Notes: generated from the letters alone by a model not told the origin. DNA of 64,000 nt from an uncultured Acidimicrobiales bacterium (GCA_951813555.1 OX638344.1:2975076-3039075); one strand, 5' to 3'. Counted from the first letter of the stretch, positions 48,283 to 59,151 are shown. A program made the numbers and translations.

Positions 48283-49383
48283 TCACGACATCCGCCTCCA
48301 GCGGAGGTAGGCCTCGATCAGTTCGTCTAGGTTGCCGGCCAGCACACCCTCCACGTTGCCGATGGAAACGCCGGTGCGGTCGTCTTTTACTTGTTGGTAG
48401 GGGTGCAGGACGTAGGAGCGGATCTGGCTGCCCCACTCTGCTTTCTGGTAGTCGCCGGCCAGGCCGGCGATCTCGGCTTCCCGCTCGGCCCGTTTGAGGT
48501 CGGCGAGGCGGGCGGCCAGGATCTGCATGGCTCGGTCTTTGTTCTGGTGCTGGCTGCGCTCGTTTTGGCACGACACCACTACGCCGGTCGGTATATGGGT
48601 GATCCTCACGGCCGAGTCAGTCACGTTTACGTGCTGGCCGCCTGCCCCTGACGATCGGAAGGTGTCGATCCGCAGGTCCTTGTCGTCGATGTCCACCTCG
48701 TCAGACACCTCGTCGAAGAACGGGACCACCTTGAATTGGGCAAATGCGGTGTGGCGGCGGGCGTCGGAGTCGAACGGGGATATGCGCACCAGCCGGTGCA
48801 CTCCCCGCTCCGACTGCAACAGGCCGTAGGCGTTGCGCCCTGAGATGGTGAAGTCGGCCGAGGAGATGCCCGCACCCTGGCCCGCCGACACGGAGTCCAC
48901 TTTGAAGTCGAAGCCGCGGCTCTCGGCCCAGCCCTGGTACATCCCCAGCAGCATCTCGGCCCAGTCCTGGGCGTCGGTGCCTCCTGCCCCGCTGTGCAGC
49001 TCGCACACCGCATCGGAGCTGTCGTGCTCGCCGCCCAGCAGCGAGCGCAGCTCCAGGTCGTCTACTTTGGCGGTCAGAGATTCCAGCATTTGGGAGATCT
49101 CCGGGGTCAGCGACTCGTCGCCTTCCTCCACAGCAAGCTGGTGCAGCGTGTCGGCGTCTTCCAACGCGGCTTCCAGCCCGGCGAACAGCTCCACGTCCTC
49201 GGTCAGCTCGGCTAGCTCTCTGGTCACCTTGCGGGCCCGGTCGGGATCGTCCCACAGGCCGGGGTCGACGGCGGCCTTCTCCAGGTCGGGGCGGCGGGCT
49301 ATCAGGTCGTCGATGTGCAGGTAGCGCCGGGCTTCGTCGAGTTTGGATCGGAGCAGGGCGAGGTCGCCGGTGAAGTCGGGCAC
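48283..49383 (-). CDS. prfB: Peptide chain release factor 2 (single uninterrupted frame)
   Basis: 'SPF' tripeptide ('RISPFDS') and 'SGAGGQHVN' (GGQ). 366 aa. Confidence 0.9.
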   Translation of the reverse strand: MPDFTGDLALLRSKLDEARRYLHIDDLIARRPDLEKAAVDPGLWDDPDRARKVTRELAELTEDVELFAGLEAALEDADTLHQLAVEEGDESLTPEISQMLESLTAKVDDLELRSLLGGEHDSSDAVCELHSGAGGTDAQDWAEMLLGMYQGWAESRGFDFKVDSVSAGQGAGISSADFTISGRNAYGLLQSERGVHRLVRISPFDSDARRHTAFAQFKVVPFFDEVSDEVDIDDKDLRIDTFRSSGAGGQHVNVTDSAVRITHIPTGVVVSCQNERSQHQNKDRAMQILAARLADLKRAEREAEIAGLAGDYQKAEWGSQIRSYVLHPYQQVKDDRTGVSIGNVEGVLAGNLDELIEAYLRWRRMS

Positions 49384-49405
49384 AGGGCTTTTGGGAGTTG
49401 AGCGG

Positions 49406-52105
49406 TCAGCGCCCGTGGCACTGCTTGAATTTGCGGCCCGACCCGCATGGACAGGGGGCGTTGCGGGGGGTCTTCTCCAATTCCGATTTCACCACCGGCA
49501 CCTTCGAGGCGGGGGCCGATTCCTGGACCACCTCGGGTGCGGCTGAAGCACGGGCCAGCGAGGACTGCGTGGACGGGTCGGCCGGACCCGACTCTGTGAT
49601 GTTGCTGGTGCCGGTGTCGTCGGCGCGAGCTGGGGCCTCCACGTTGATCTCCACGTGCATGATGTAGGTGACGAAGTCCCGTGCCACCCCGGCCATCATC
49701 TGGCCGAACATCTCGAACCCTTCCCGCTGCCACTCGGTGAGGGGGTCCTTTTGGCCGAGAGCCCGCAGGTTGATGCCCTCCTTGAGGTAGTCCATCTCGT
49801 AGAGGTGCTCGCGCCAGCGCTGGTCGATGATGCGCAGCATGATCTGGCGCTCCACCTCCCGCATGGACTCGGCGCCGACTTCTTCCTCCCGCTGCTCGTA
49901 GTGGGCCACCGCCTCGCCCACCAGCAGGTCGTAGAGATCGTCGGTGGAAGTGGCGGAGGCCAATTCGTCGATGCCCAGCTGGGTGGGCCACAGCACCCGG
50001 ATCTCGGTTTCCAGTTGCTCCAGGTCCCAATCAGCGGGATCCTCCGACGTGCACTGCCCGCCGATCACCGCGTCGACCGCCTCACCCAAGTGCTCGAGGG
50101 CGTCGGCCCTCAGGTCTTCGCCTGACAGAATCTGGGCCCGTCGCTTGTAGATCACCTTGCGCTGCTCGTTGAGGACCTCGTCGTACTTGAGCACGTTCTT
50201 GCGGGCTTCGGCGTTCTTCTGCTCGACGGTGCCCTGGGCCCGCTCGATGGCCTTGGTGACCATCTTGGCCTCGATGGGCACGTCCTCAGGAAGGGCCTTT
50301 TCCATGACCCAGTTCATGGCACCGGTGGCGAAGATCCGCATGAGATCGTCTTCCAGCGACAAGTAGAACCGGCTCTCGCCGGGATCGCCCTGGCGACCGG
50401 AGCGGCCCCGGAGCTGGTTGTCGATGCGGCGGCTGTCGTGGCGCTCGGTGCCCAGCACATAGAGGCCGCCCAACTCCCGAACCTTCTCGCCCTCGGCCCC
50501 GCACTCAGCCTCGTATTTCTCCAGCAGCTCGGCTGCCCTGGCCTGGCCCTCGTCGCTGGCGGGGTCGAGTCCCTCGGCGACCGCGTCCCGGCGGGCCATG
50601 GCATCGGGGTTGCCCCCCAGCACGATGTCCACCCCTCGTCCGGCCATGTTGGTGGCCACGGTGATGGCGTGCAGCCGACCGGCCTGGGCCACGATCTCGG
50701 CCTCCCGGAAGTGCTGCTTGGCGTTGAGCACCTCATGGGGTATGCCCCGCTTGTTCAACACATCGGCCAGCTTCTCGGAGCTCTCCACCGAGACGGTGCC
50801 CACCAGCACCGGCTGGCCCCTCTCATAGCGCTCCACCAGATCGCCGACCAAGGCGTCGAACTTGCCCTTCTCGCTCTTGTAGATGAGGTCGCCCTCGTCG
50901 GCCCGGATCACCGGCAGATTGGTGGGAATGGGGACCACGTGCAGGCCGTAGGTGCTGAACAGCTCGTTGGCCTCGCTCACCGCGGTGCCGGTCATGCCGG
51001 CCAGCTTGTCGTAGAGCCGGAAGTAGTTCTGGAGGGTGATGGTGGCCAGCGTCTGGTTCTCCTCTTTGATCTTCACCCCCTCTTTGGCCTCCACTGCCTG
51101 GTGCAGGCCCTCAGACCAGCGGCGCCCGTCCAGGATCCGCCCGGTGAACTCGTCGACGATCTTCACCTCGCCCCGCTGCACGATGTAGTCCTTGTCGCGG
51201 TGGTAGAGCTCCTTGGCCCGCAGCGCGGCCTGTAGCTGGTGGACCAAATTGGCGCTGACCGAGTCGTAGAGGTTTTCCACCCCCAGCGCCCGCTCCACGG
51301 CGTGGACCCCTTCCTCAGTAGGGGCCACTATGCGCTTCTCCTCGTCCACGTCGTAGTGGACGTCGCGCCGCAGTCCCCGCACGACGCTGGCGAACTTGTA
51401 GTACGTCTTGGCGGCGTCGGCCAAGCGCCCGCTGATGATCAGCGGAGTCCGGGCTTCGTCTATGAGGATGGAGTCGATCTCGTCCACGATGCAGTAGCTG
51501 TGGCCTCGCTGGACCCGCCGGTCGGCCGACATGGCCATGTTGTCCCTGAGGTAGTCGAAGCCCAACTCGTTGTTGGTTCCGTAAGTGATGTCGCAGCCGT
51601 ACTGCTCGCGTTTGAACTCGGACCCTCGCTCGCCGGGGACCACTAGCCCGACGGTTAGGCCCAGCCAACGGTGGATCGCCCCCATCCAGTCGGCGTCGCG
51701 TGCGGCCAGGTAGTCGTTCACCGTGACCACGTGCACGCCCTTGCCGCCCAAGCCGTTCAGGTACACGGGAAGGGTGGACACCAGGGTCTTGCCCTCGCCA
51801 GTGCGCATCTCGGCCGCCCAGCCGAAGTGGAGGGCCGCGCCCCCCATCAGCTGCACGTCGTAATGGCGTTGGCCGATTACCCGCCAGGCTGCCTCCCGCA
51901 CCACCGCGAAGGCCTCGATAAGCAGGTCGTGGAGGTCCTCCCCGTTTTCCAAGCGTTGGCGGAACTCCCCGGTGCGGGCCCGCAGCGCATCATCGGACAG
52001 CGCCTTGGTCTCCGGTTCGAGCGCGTTGATGTCGGGCACCAGATCTTCCAGTGCCTTGAGCTTCTTGCCCTCTCCAGTGTTCAGGATCTTCTTGAACACA
52101 CTCAT
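49406..52105 (-). CDS. secA: Preprotein translocase ATPase SecA
   Basis: 'MRTGEGKTL', 'DEIDSILIDEARTPLIISG' and the C-terminal Zn finger 'CPCGSGRKFKQCHG'. 899 aa. Confidence 0.95.
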   Translation of the reverse strand: MSVFKKILNTGEGKKLKALEDLVPDINALEPETKALSDDALRARTGEFRQRLENGEDLHDLLIEAFAVVREAAWRVIGQRHYDVQLMGGAALHFGWAAEMRTGEGKTLVSTLPVYLNGLGGKGVHVVTVNDYLAARDADWMGAIHRWLGLTVGLVVPGERGSEFKREQYGCDITYGTNNELGFDYLRDNMAMSADRRVQRGHSYCIVDEIDSILIDEARTPLIISGRLADAAKTYYKFASVVRGLRRDVHYDVDEEKRIVAPTEEGVHAVERALGVENLYDSVSANLVHQLQAALRAKELYHRDKDYIVQRGEVKIVDEFTGRILDGRRWSEGLHQAVEAKEGVKIKEENQTLATITLQNYFRLYDKLAGMTGTAVSEANELFSTYGLHVVPIPTNLPVIRADEGDLIYKSEKGKFDALVGDLVERYERGQPVLVGTVSVESSEKLADVLNKRGIPHEVLNAKQHFREAEIVAQAGRLHAITVATNMAGRGVDIVLGGNPDAMARRDAVAEGLDPASDEGQARAAELLEKYEAECGAEGEKVRELGGLYVLGTERHDSRRIDNQLRGRSGRQGDPGESRFYLSLEDDLMRIFATGAMNWVMEKALPEDVPIEAKMVTKAIERAQGTVEQKNAEARKNVLKYDEVLNEQRKVIYKRRAQILSGEDLRADALEHLGEAVDAVIGGQCTSEDPADWDLEQLETEIRVLWPTQLGIDELASATSTDDLYDLLVGEAVAHYEQREEEVGAESMREVERQIMLRIIDQRWREHLYEMDYLKEGINLRALGQKDPLTEWQREGFEMFGQMMAGVARDFVTYIMHVEINVEAPARADDTGTSNITESGPADPSTQSSLARASAAPEVVQESAPASKVPVVKSELEKTPRNAPCPCGSGRKFKQCHGR

Positions 52106-52223
52106 GCCAGCCCCACTTTACCGCCAAGCCCCATCTATCTAGTCAGCGGAGATGGGTCGGAATACGCGTCGCGTGCTGCCGTCTGCGGGCGCGATGATGT
52201 GCTGTGTGTCGCCTGCGCTGGGC

Positions 52224-52556
52224 TCAGCTGGCCCGGCGCTCGCGGGAGTGGTGCTGGCGGTCTATCCGGCGGGTCTTGGTGCGGCGGAGCTGGCGCTCCA
52301 GCTTGGCGATGGCCCGGTCGAGAGCGGCGAACGGCGTAGGCCCGTTGACCCGGCTGCGGATATGATAGCCGTGACCCTCCAGGGTGATCTCGCAGATGTC
52401 GGGCTCGGCGATGCGGGGATTCTTCTCCTCGCTGAACCGGACCGTGGCATGATCGATTCCCGACAGGTAGCGGCTTAGCCTGCCCACCTTTGTTCGGGTG
52501 GTCTCCCCCAGTCGCTGCGACACCTGCATCCCGCTGCTGCTGATGGTCACGTCCAT
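52224..52556 (-). CDS. hpf: Ribosome hibernation/modulation factor (HPF/RaiA S30EA family, short form)
   Basis: 110 aa. 'GMQVSQRLGETTRTKVGRLSRYL' and '...ALDRAIAKLERQLRR' fit the family. It has the conserved position between comF and secA. Confidence 0.7.
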   Translation of the reverse strand: MDVTISSSGMQVSQRLGETTRTKVGRLSRYLSGIDHATVRFSEEKNPRIAEPDICEITLEGHGYHIRSRVNGPTPFAALDRAIAKLERQLRRTKTRRIDRQHHSRERRAS

Positions 52557-53209
52557 GGCGGTTCCCTTTCGGCTGGGGTTGTGTTGTGGGCTCTCATGGT
52601 AGCCACACCGGGCGGCTGTTGTGAGGAGGGCAGCGGCGTTGCCCCGGCCACCACTGCTTTCACGTGCCGGGCACCGACCCGGATCAAAGCAGAGGCTGCG
52701 GCTTGGAGGGTGGCTCCGGTGGTGACCACATCGTCAACCACCAGCACCGCAGAATGCAAAGGACGACGGGGGGCGAAAACCGGGGCACAGCAACGCTGAC
52801 TGCGGGTCCGGCCGGTCTGGCCCGCGGCGTCAACTCTCCTCAGCAAAGAGACGACGGGAAGACCGGTCTCCCGCCCCAACTCCCGGGCCAACAGCTCGGC
52901 CTGATCAAAACCCCGACGTCGTCGGCGCTGGGAAGATGTCGGCGCCCACGTCACTGTGTCCACAGCCAGGCCCGAGGGCAGGGCATTGGCCATGGCCGAC
53001 GCCACCCAGCGCACACACGACCGCTGATTGCGATATTTGAGCCGGGCCAGCAACTCCCGGCCCGCACCCGTATAGGCGAAAGCAGCCCACAACCCAGCCA
53101 ATGGCTCAGGCGGGGGCATCTCCCCCACTGCCCGCATACCAGCCCGGCACCGCCCGCACGGCGACGGCCCCGGCCCTCCACATCCTGCGCAAACCCGCAT
53201 CAACAACAT
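52547..53209 (-). CDS. ComF-family phosphoribosyltransferase-domain protein
   Basis: N-terminal Cys-rich 'CAGCGG...CGRC' and the PRTase motif 'VLVVDDVVTTGATL'. Confidence 0.75.
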   Translation of the reverse strand: MLLMRVCAGCGGPGPSPCGRCRAGMRAVGEMPPPEPLAGLWAAFAYTGAGRELLARLKYRNQRSCVRWVASAMANALPSGLAVDTVTWAPTSSQRRRRRGFDQAELLARELGRETGLPVVSLLRRVDAAGQTGRTRSQRCCAPVFAPRRPLHSAVLVVDDVVTTGATLQAAASALIRVGARHVKAVVAGATPLPSSQQPPGVATMRAHNTTPAEREPPWT

Positions 53210-53272
53210 GGCCGCACCCTAAACACGACCAGTGACACATCCCCCTCAGGCCACGACCAGGCCAAATGGGCA

Positions 53273-54256
53273 TCAACGAATGCGGTCGCTGACGCCTTCT
53301 TCGGTGATGTAGCCCGTGACCAGCTCTGCGGGGGTGACGTCGAAGGCCCAGTTCTGCGCGGCCATGCCCTCGGGGGCCAGCCGCACGCCGCCCACCTCGA
53401 CCACCTCGGTGCCGGGGCGCTGCTCTACCACGATGTCCGACCCCGCAGCGGTGGCCGGGTCGATGGTGGATGTGGGGGCGGCCACGTAGAAGGGGATGTC
53501 GTGGTGCCGGGCCAGCACGGCCAGCGAATAGGTACCGATTTTGTTGGCCACATCCCCGTTGGCCGCGATGCGGTCGGCGCCCACGATGGCCAGATCCACC
53601 TCTCCGGCAGCCATCAGCGAGCCAGCCATGGAGTCCACCACCAGGGTGGCGGGAATGCCGAGCTGTTGGAGTTCCCAGGCGGTGAGCCGGGCACCCTGGA
53701 GCACTGGTCGGGTCTCGTCCACCCATACCGACGGCCGTCGCCCGGCCTCATGGGATGAGCGGATGACTCTCAGCGCGGTCCCCCAACCCACACAGGCCAG
53801 CGATCCGGTGTTGCAATGGGTGAGCACCCGGGACTTATCGGGAACCACCGCGGTGCCGTGGGCCCCGATGGCCTGGTTGACGGCCACATCGTGAGCCGCG
53901 ATTCGCACCGCCTCGGCCACCGGGTCGGCCGCGGCCCGCGCTCGGTCCACCCCCCAGGCCAAGTTCACCGCCGTTGGGCGAGTGGCCTTGAGCAGCGAGG
54001 CCACTCCTCCCAGTTCACGGCCCTGCAACGAGGCCAGGGCCACTCCCATGGCACCGGCTGCGCCCAGCGCGGGCGCGCCCCGGATGGCCAACGCGAAGAT
54101 GAGCTCGCATAGCTTCTCGATGCTGTGCACCTCCACCAGTACCAACTCGTCGGGCAGCCGCCGCTGGTCGATTAGCCGGATGTGGTCGCCCATCCACTCA
54201 ATGGTGGGCGGAATGGGAGATTCCTCATGCGGCGGCGACGGCATTGCTCGAACCAC
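53273..54256 (-). CDS. mtnA: S-methyl-5-thioribose-1-phosphate isomerase (eIF-2B alpha/beta/delta-like)
   Basis: 'IRGAPALGAAGA', 'TRPTAVNL', 'THCNTGSLA', 'VDETRPVLQGARLTAWEL', 'GADRIAANGDVANKIGTY' and 'FYVAAPTSTID'. Confidence 0.85.
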   Translation of the reverse strand: MVRAMPSPPHEESPIPPTIEWMGDHIRLIDQRRLPDELVLVEVHSIEKLCELIFALAIRGAPALGAAGAMGVALASLQGRELGGVASLLKATRPTAVNLAWGVDRARAAADPVAEAVRIAAHDVAVNQAIGAHGTAVVPDKSRVLTHCNTGSLACVGWGTALRVIRSSHEAGRRPSVWVDETRPVLQGARLTAWELQQLGIPATLVVDSMAGSLMAAGEVDLAIVGADRIAANGDVANKIGTYSLAVLARHHDIPFYVAAPTSTIDPATAAGSDIVVEQRPGTEVVEVGGVRLAPEGMAAQNWAFDVTPAELVTGYITEEGVSDRIR

Positions 54257-54261
54257 CCGGA

Positions 54262-55749
54262 TTAGTACCGGTAGTGGTCGGCCTTGAACGGCCCCCCGGT
54301 CGACACCCCCATGTAGTCGGCCTGGGCTGGGGTGAGGGTGGTGAGGCGCACGCCGAGGGCGTCAAGGTGCAGCCGGGCCACCATTTCATCCAACTCTTTG
54401 GGCAGCGTGGCCACATCGGTGCCGTAGGATTCGGCGTTGGCATGCAGCTCTAACTGGGCCAGCACCTGATTGGTGAAGCTGCACGACATCACAAAACTGG
54501 GATGACCGGTGGCGTTGCCCAGATTCAGCAGGCGCCCCTCCGACAAGATGATCACCGAGTGGCCGTCGGGGAAGACGTACTCGTCCACCTGGGGTTTGAT
54601 GTTGATCCGCTGGACATCGGACAGCGCATTGAGCCCGGCTATGTCGATCTCATTGTCGAAGTGGCCGATGTTGCCCACCACGGCCTGGTGCTTCATCCGC
54701 CCCAGGTGCTCGGCGCTGATCACGTCCCGGCAGCCGGTGGCGGTTACGAACAAATCCGCGGTCTCCAGCACATCCTCGAGCCGCTGCACCTCGAAGCCCT
54801 CCATAGCCGCTTGCAGCGCGCAGATGGGGTCGACCTCGGTGATCACCACCCGGGCGCCCTGGCCCTGCAGCGATTGGGCGCATCCCTTGCCCACATCGCC
54901 GTAGCCGCAGACCACGGCCAGCTTGCCGCCGATCATCATGTCGGTTCCCCGGTTGAGCCCGTCGATCAGCGAATGACGGCAGCCGTAGAGGTTGTCGAAC
55001 TTCTGCTTGGTCACCGAGTTGTTGACGTCGATGGCCGGGAAGCGCAGCGTGCCGTCGGCCTTCATCCGATAGAGCCGGTGGACACCGGTGGTGGTCTCCT
55101 CCGACACCCCCCGAATCCCCCCGGCGATGGCGGTCCACAGCCCGGGTTCGTCGTCCAGCGTGCGCCCCAGCAGCCGGCGGATCTCAGCCAAATCCTCGGA
55201 ATCGGCCTCATCGGGGTCGCCGGCGTTGCCTGCAGCCTCAGCGTCGGCCCCCATGTGGACCAACAGGGTGGCGTCGCCGCCGTCGTCCAAGATGAGATTG
55301 GGGCCCGTGCCGTCGGGCCAGCGCAGCACTTTCTCGGTACACCACCAGTACTCCTTCAGGGTCTCGCCTTTCCAGGCATAGACCGGAACTCCTTGGGGGT
55401 CATCGGGCGTGCCACTGGCGCCGACGGCCACGGCGGCGGCGGCGGGATCCTGGGTGGAGAAGATGTTGCACGATGCCCAGCGCACTTGGGCGCCGAGGGC
55501 GGTGAGGGTCTCGATGAGCACCGCGGTCTGCACGGTCATGTGGAGCGAGCCGGTGATGCGAGCCCCGGCCAGGGGCTGGTCGTCGAAGTGCCGGGCTCTC
55601 AGGGCCATCAGCCCGGGCATCTCGTGTTCGGCCAGGCGGATCTCCTTGCGGCCGGCCTCAGCCAAGGCCAAGTCGGCTACTTTGAAATCGTGCTCCAGGG
55701 TCACAGCGACCCTCCCTTGCTGTCTAGGTTTCCTTGCAGGGGTTCCCAT
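54262..55749 (-). CDS. ahcY: Adenosylhomocysteinase
   Basis: '[27 protein letters not shown]', 'CNIFSTQD', '[10 protein letters not shown]' and the C-terminal '[10 protein letters not shown]'. Confidence 0.95.
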   Translation of the reverse strand: MGTPARKPRQQGRVAVTLEHDFKVADLALAEAGRKEIRLAEHEMPGLMALRARHFDDQPLAGARITGSLHMTVQTAVLIETLTALGAQVRWASCNIFSTQDPAAAAVAVGASGTPDDPQGVPVYAWKGETLKEYWWCTEKVLRWPDGTGPNLILDDGGDATLLVHMGADAEAAGNAGDPDEADSEDLAEIRRLLGRTLDDEPGLWTAIAGGIRGVSEETTTGVHRLYRMKADGTLRFPAIDVNNSVTKQKFDNLYGCRHSLIDGLNRGTDMMIGGKLAVVCGYGDVGKGCAQSLQGQGARVVITEVDPICALQAAMEGFEVQRLEDVLETADLFVTATGCRDVISAEHLGRMKHQAVVGNIGHFDNEIDIAGLNALSDVQRINIKPQVDEYVFPDGHSVIILSEGRLLNLGNATGHPSFVMSCSFTNQVLAQLELHANAESYGTDVATLPKELDEMVARLHLDALGVRLTTLTPAQADYMGVSTGGPFKADHYRY

Positions 55750-55780
55750 CTGAATCTATGGAATGGCCCCGCCGAAGCCC

Positions 55781-56812
55781 TCATCGGGTGCGACCGGCCA
55801 GCGCCTGTCGAGCGGCCACGACGGCCGGCACCGGACCGGGGTCGAGGCCCACCGCAGCGGCCATCTCCAACGATGTGATCGATCCCTGGTATATGAGGTC
55901 GAAGATCTGGGCCACCGGGCCCTCTCCGGCCGCCTCCACGGTATGGATTGCGGCCACCACCTCGTCCATCAGGTCGATCATGACGTCGAAGCCCCGCATC
56001 ACCTCGGGATGCTCGTGATCGTGGCGCAGCACCACCATGCTGAACACCTGCCGGGTCAGATCGCCGTGCTGGCCCCACCCGGCGATCTCGTTGTGCAGCA
56101 GGTCGGGCACTCCGGCGCTGAACGCCGGGGCCTTGGCGCTGGTGTTGATCATGTTCTTCCAGTGCCGGGCGGCCACCGAGCCGAGCCCTCCCCCGCCGTA
56201 GATCAGCGGCACTGTGCCGGCGAGGCGGCGGGCCAGGGAGGCGGCCGGTGCCCGAGCCGCATCCCGGCGGTTGCGAATCTGCTCCACGGCAAAGCGCACC
56301 CATTGGGAGGCGCCGGGGAACAGGCCCATATGCTCGAGGATGATCATGGGGGCCACGGTGAGCACGCTCAGCCCGGCCCTCGGCGGGTACAGCATGGGAT
56401 CCACTTCGACCAGCGGGGCACCCCAATTGCCGGCCATCTGGGCCAGTTGGCCGCCTCCGGTCACCGCCACCACTCGACCCCCGGCTTCGGCGGCCTGGGC
56501 CGCGGCTTGGACGATCTCCGGTGTGTCGCCGCCGGCGGAGAGGGCGAACACCAGGGTCTGCTCGTCCACGTACGAAGGCGGCTGATAGCTCTTGACCACC
56601 ACGATGGGCAGGGGCATGAACGGCCCCGCCGTCACTGCCAGGAGGTCGCCGGCAAAACCGCCCGGTCCCATTCCCAGCACGAGCACATTGGTGATCTCCG
56701 AGCGATCGGGCAGCCCGCGCAGATCCCCCGTTCGATCCAGCGCGTCCAGCATCTGCTCGGGCAGCCGATTGACCGCCGGCCACATCCCCAGCGTGTCCAC
56801 CCGCTCGCTCAT
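55781..56812 (-). CDS. SIS-domain bifunctional phosphoglucose/phosphomannose isomerase-like protein
   Basis: The start was moved to ATG 56812 ('MSERVDTLGMW'), after the Trm112-like gene. 'VLGMGPGGFAGDLL' and 'SAGGDTPE' are SIS-type motifs. It lies in the conserved actinobacterial position between manA and ahcY. Confidence 0.7.
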   Translation of the reverse strand: MSERVDTLGMWPAVNRLPEQMLDALDRTGDLRGLPDRSEITNVLVLGMGPGGFAGDLLAVTAGPFMPLPIVVVKSYQPPSYVDEQTLVFALSAGGDTPEIVQAAAQAAEAGGRVVAVTGGGQLAQMAGNWGAPLVEVDPMLYPPRAGLSVLTVAPMIILEHMGLFPGASQWVRFAVEQIRNRRDAARAPAASLARRLAGTVPLIYGGGGLGSVAARHWKNMINTSAKAPAFSAGVPDLLHNEIAGWGQHGDLTRQVFSMVVLRHDHEHPEVMRGFDVMIDLMDEVVAAIHTVEAAGEGPVAQIFDLIYQGSITSLEMAAAVGLDPGPVPAVVAARQALAGRTR

Positions 56813-56846
56813 CAGCGGCTCCGACCTTCGATGCGCGCCGTGCTGC

Positions 56847-57089
56847 TCACGGGGTAAAAGTGAAGGGAATGGACTCAGACTCAGCTCTGGCCACCAGGCG
56901 CTCGTGCTCGGGCTCGTCCACGGTGTCGGCCTCGTCGATGAGCATGTTGGGGATGTCGTCTTCCACCAGATAGCGGCGGTGCAGGCGCGGGTTGTAGAGC
57001 GCGTCCTCGTCGGGGAAATACAGCAGCGGCCCCTTGTCGTCGGGGCAGGCCAAGATCTCAAGCAGTCGGGGGTCCAGCGCCATGGCCAC
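56847..57089 (-). CDS. Trm112-family small protein (DUF343/UPF0434)
   Basis: 80 aa. 'LLEILACPDDKGPL' and 'YLVEDDIPNMLIDEA'. Confidence 0.7.
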   Translation of the reverse strand: MAMALDPRLLEILACPDDKGPLLYFPDEDALYNPRLHRRYLVEDDIPNMLIDEADTVDEPEHERLVARAESESIPFTFTP

Positions 57090-57118
57090 AGTCTTACCTA
57101 TGGGCTGCCCCCCCTGCC

Positions 57119-58279
57119 CTATTCCAGCTGGTTGGTTCGGGCTCGGAACACCAGCCCGGTTCCAGAGATGGCGTACTCACCGGTCCCCGCCGGCAGCCAC
57201 ATTGCCCCACCGCCGGTGACCTCACAGCCGGCCGCGCTGACCTCGCCTGATGCGCACAGCACGATCTCCGGACCGACGGGCTGACAGCGAGTCTCTCCGT
57301 CCACGTGGATTCGGGTGAGGCAGAAATCGGGAACCGGGGGGCGAAATGTGAAAAAAGGACCATCGGGGGTTGTCACCGGTACTTCGTGAACCCGAAAGTC
57401 CACCACCTCCAAGAGGGCGGGAACATCCACGTGCTTGGGGGTGAGCCCGCCCCTCAGCACGTTGTCGCTGTTGGCCATGATCTCCACGGCCACCCCCTGC
57501 AAGTAGACGTGCAGATTGCCCGCCCCCAGATAAAGGGCTTGTCCCGGGCTGAGCTCCACCAGGTTCAGCATCAGTGCGATGGCCACTCCGATGTCACCGG
57601 GATGCTGCTGCCCGATTCGCACCGCCCACCGCCGCTCATTAGGAAACGAGCCCGGCTTAGCGCAGGCAGCCGCCACGTCGTGGGCGATTTCCGCGCCGGC
57701 CGACGGAGGGCGCTCCAGCAGCCAGCGGAGCGCCTGTTCGGCCTTGGCCTCCCGCAAGAAGCCGATTGCCGGAGACAGATCCGGGACATTGAGCGAGTCG
57801 AGCAGCTCTGCCGCAGTGCTCGGCGGCCGGAACCCGCAAAATGCGGTGAACGGCTCCAGCGCGCAGACCAGTTCGGGCTTGTGGTTGCGGTCGCGATACG
57901 AGCGATGGTCGGCATCGACGGGGATACCTCGCTCATCTTCGACGTCGAACCCCGCCTGGGCCTGTTGGCGGTTGGGGTGGGCCTGGAGCGAGAGTGGCTG
58001 GTCCACGGCCAAGATCTTGAGCAGAAAGGGCAGCTCACCGCCGAACAACCGAGCGGTTTCTGCCCCCAATTCGCCCACCGGGTCGCGGGCGATCACCTCG
58101 TCGAGCGGACTGTCCCCGCCGCCGCGCCGCAGCATCGACGGCCCCCGGGGGTGGGCGCCCAGCCACAGCTCGGCTTGGGGCTCGCCGGTGGGCGGCACGC
58201 CCATAATCCTGGGCAGGGCCTCCCGCGACCCCCACGCGTAGGGCTGCACCGTCCCGCGCAGCACGCTCGGCTTGCTCAC
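57119..58279 (-). CDS. manA: Mannose-6-phosphate isomerase, class I
   Basis: 'VQPYAWGS', 'ELWLGAHP', 'LPFLLKILAVDQPLSLQAHP' and 'EIMANSDNVLRGGLTPKHVDV'. Confidence 0.9.
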   Translation of the reverse strand: MSKPSVLRGTVQPYAWGSREALPRIMGVPPTGEPQAELWLGAHPRGPSMLRRGGGDSPLDEVIARDPVGELGAETARLFGGELPFLLKILAVDQPLSLQAHPNRQQAQAGFDVEDERGIPVDADHRSYRDRNHKPELVCALEPFTAFCGFRPPSTAAELLDSLNVPDLSPAIGFLREAKAEQALRWLLERPPSAGAEIAHDVAAACAKPGSFPNERRWAVRIGQQHPGDIGVAIALMLNLVELSPGQALYLGAGNLHVYLQGVAVEIMANSDNVLRGGLTPKHVDVPALLEVVDFRVHEVPVTTPDGPFFTFRPPVPDFCLTRIHVDGETRCQPVGPEIVLCASGEVSAAGCEVTGGGAMWLPAGTGEYAISGTGLVFRARTNQLE

Positions 58280-58316
58280 ATCCTCAAAGTAAGCACAAAG
58301 AACTCAACGGTGCCCC

Positions 58317-59099
58317 TCAAGCCAGCCAGATCAGGTTGATCACCGCGATCAGATTGAAGCCCACATGGGCCCAGATGGCCGGTCCCAGCCGCTGGTAGCG
58401 CCTTACCAGCAGGGCGGCGATGATCCCAAAGGCCATCAGCGCGGGGAACTGGAGGAGTTGGAGGTGCACTGCGCCGAACAGCGCCGAGGAGGCCAGCACC
58501 CCTATGATCGTCCCCCATTTCCGCTCGAACGCCCGCAACACCAGACCACGGAAGAAGAGCTCTTCGAAAATGGGCGCCCCCACCACCACCCCCAGCATCA
58601 CCAAGGCGATGTCGCTCCCGGTTGCGGCCCGGTCGGTGATCTGTCGGGCGGCCTCGCTAACGTCGAAGTCGAAGAACTGTTGGAACGGCGCATAGATGAG
58701 CCAAACCACCGCGATTTGGGCGAACACGCCGACCAATAGCCCGACGGGCACATCCGATGCCTTCACCGACAACCCGAAGTCGCGCCGCAGTCCTCTCCCT
58801 CTCAGTGTGCCAGCTACCAGCGTGGTCAGAGCGAACCCGCCCCACAGCCCGATCTGCCCCACCGGGAGGGTCCAAAGGGGAAGCGCGGGATCGCTGCGCC
58901 CCTGGCCCATGGCATCGCTCAGCCCGTATCGCCCCGCATACGACCCGGTGCCGGTCTCACCCCCGGTATCCAGCCCGACCGCGGCCAGCACAACGAAGAA
59001 AACCACCACCGCGGCCACCCACGACACCACCACACCGATGAATACATCGGGCAAACCCCAGCGGATCTCCCGTGCTCTTGTCCGCTCAGTTGCTGCCAC
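58317..59099 (-). CDS. CPBP-family intramembrane glutamic endopeptidase (CAAX protease/Abi-like)
   Basis: Multi-pass membrane protein with 'APIFEELFFRG' (EExxxR) and 'FGAVH'. Confidence 0.8.
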   Translation of the reverse strand: MAATERTRAREIRWGLPDVFIGVVVSWVAAVVVFFVVLAAVGLDTGGETGTGSYAGRYGLSDAMGQGRSDPALPLWTLPVGQIGLWGGFALTTLVAGTLRGRGLRRDFGLSVKASDVPVGLLVGVFAQIAVVWLIYAPFQQFFDFDVSEAARQITDRAATGSDIALVMLGVVVGAPIFEELFFRGLVLRAFERKWGTIIGVLASSALFGAVHLQLLQFPALMAFGIIAALLVRRYQRLGPAIWAHVGFNLIAVINLIWLA

Positions 59100-59151
59100 C
59101 GGTTCGCAGCGTAATGGTGAATTTGTCGCTGGCCGCTCGTAGAATTGCCCA

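Noticed and set aside
48283-49383. Looked for the programmed +1 frameshift site (CUU UGA C) common in bacterial prfB.
   Set aside because: The RF2 ORF is continuous from 'MPDFTGDL...ARRYLHIDDL' through the GGQ motif. There is no in-frame UGA near codon ~25, so there is no evidence of frameshift autoregulation here.
52224-52556. The short (110-aa) HPF as an anomaly, given that actinobacterial HPFs are often the long form.
   Set aside because: The 3' end is defined by a clear stop. I cannot verify lineage norms without a database, so this is probably just a short-form RaiA/HPF.
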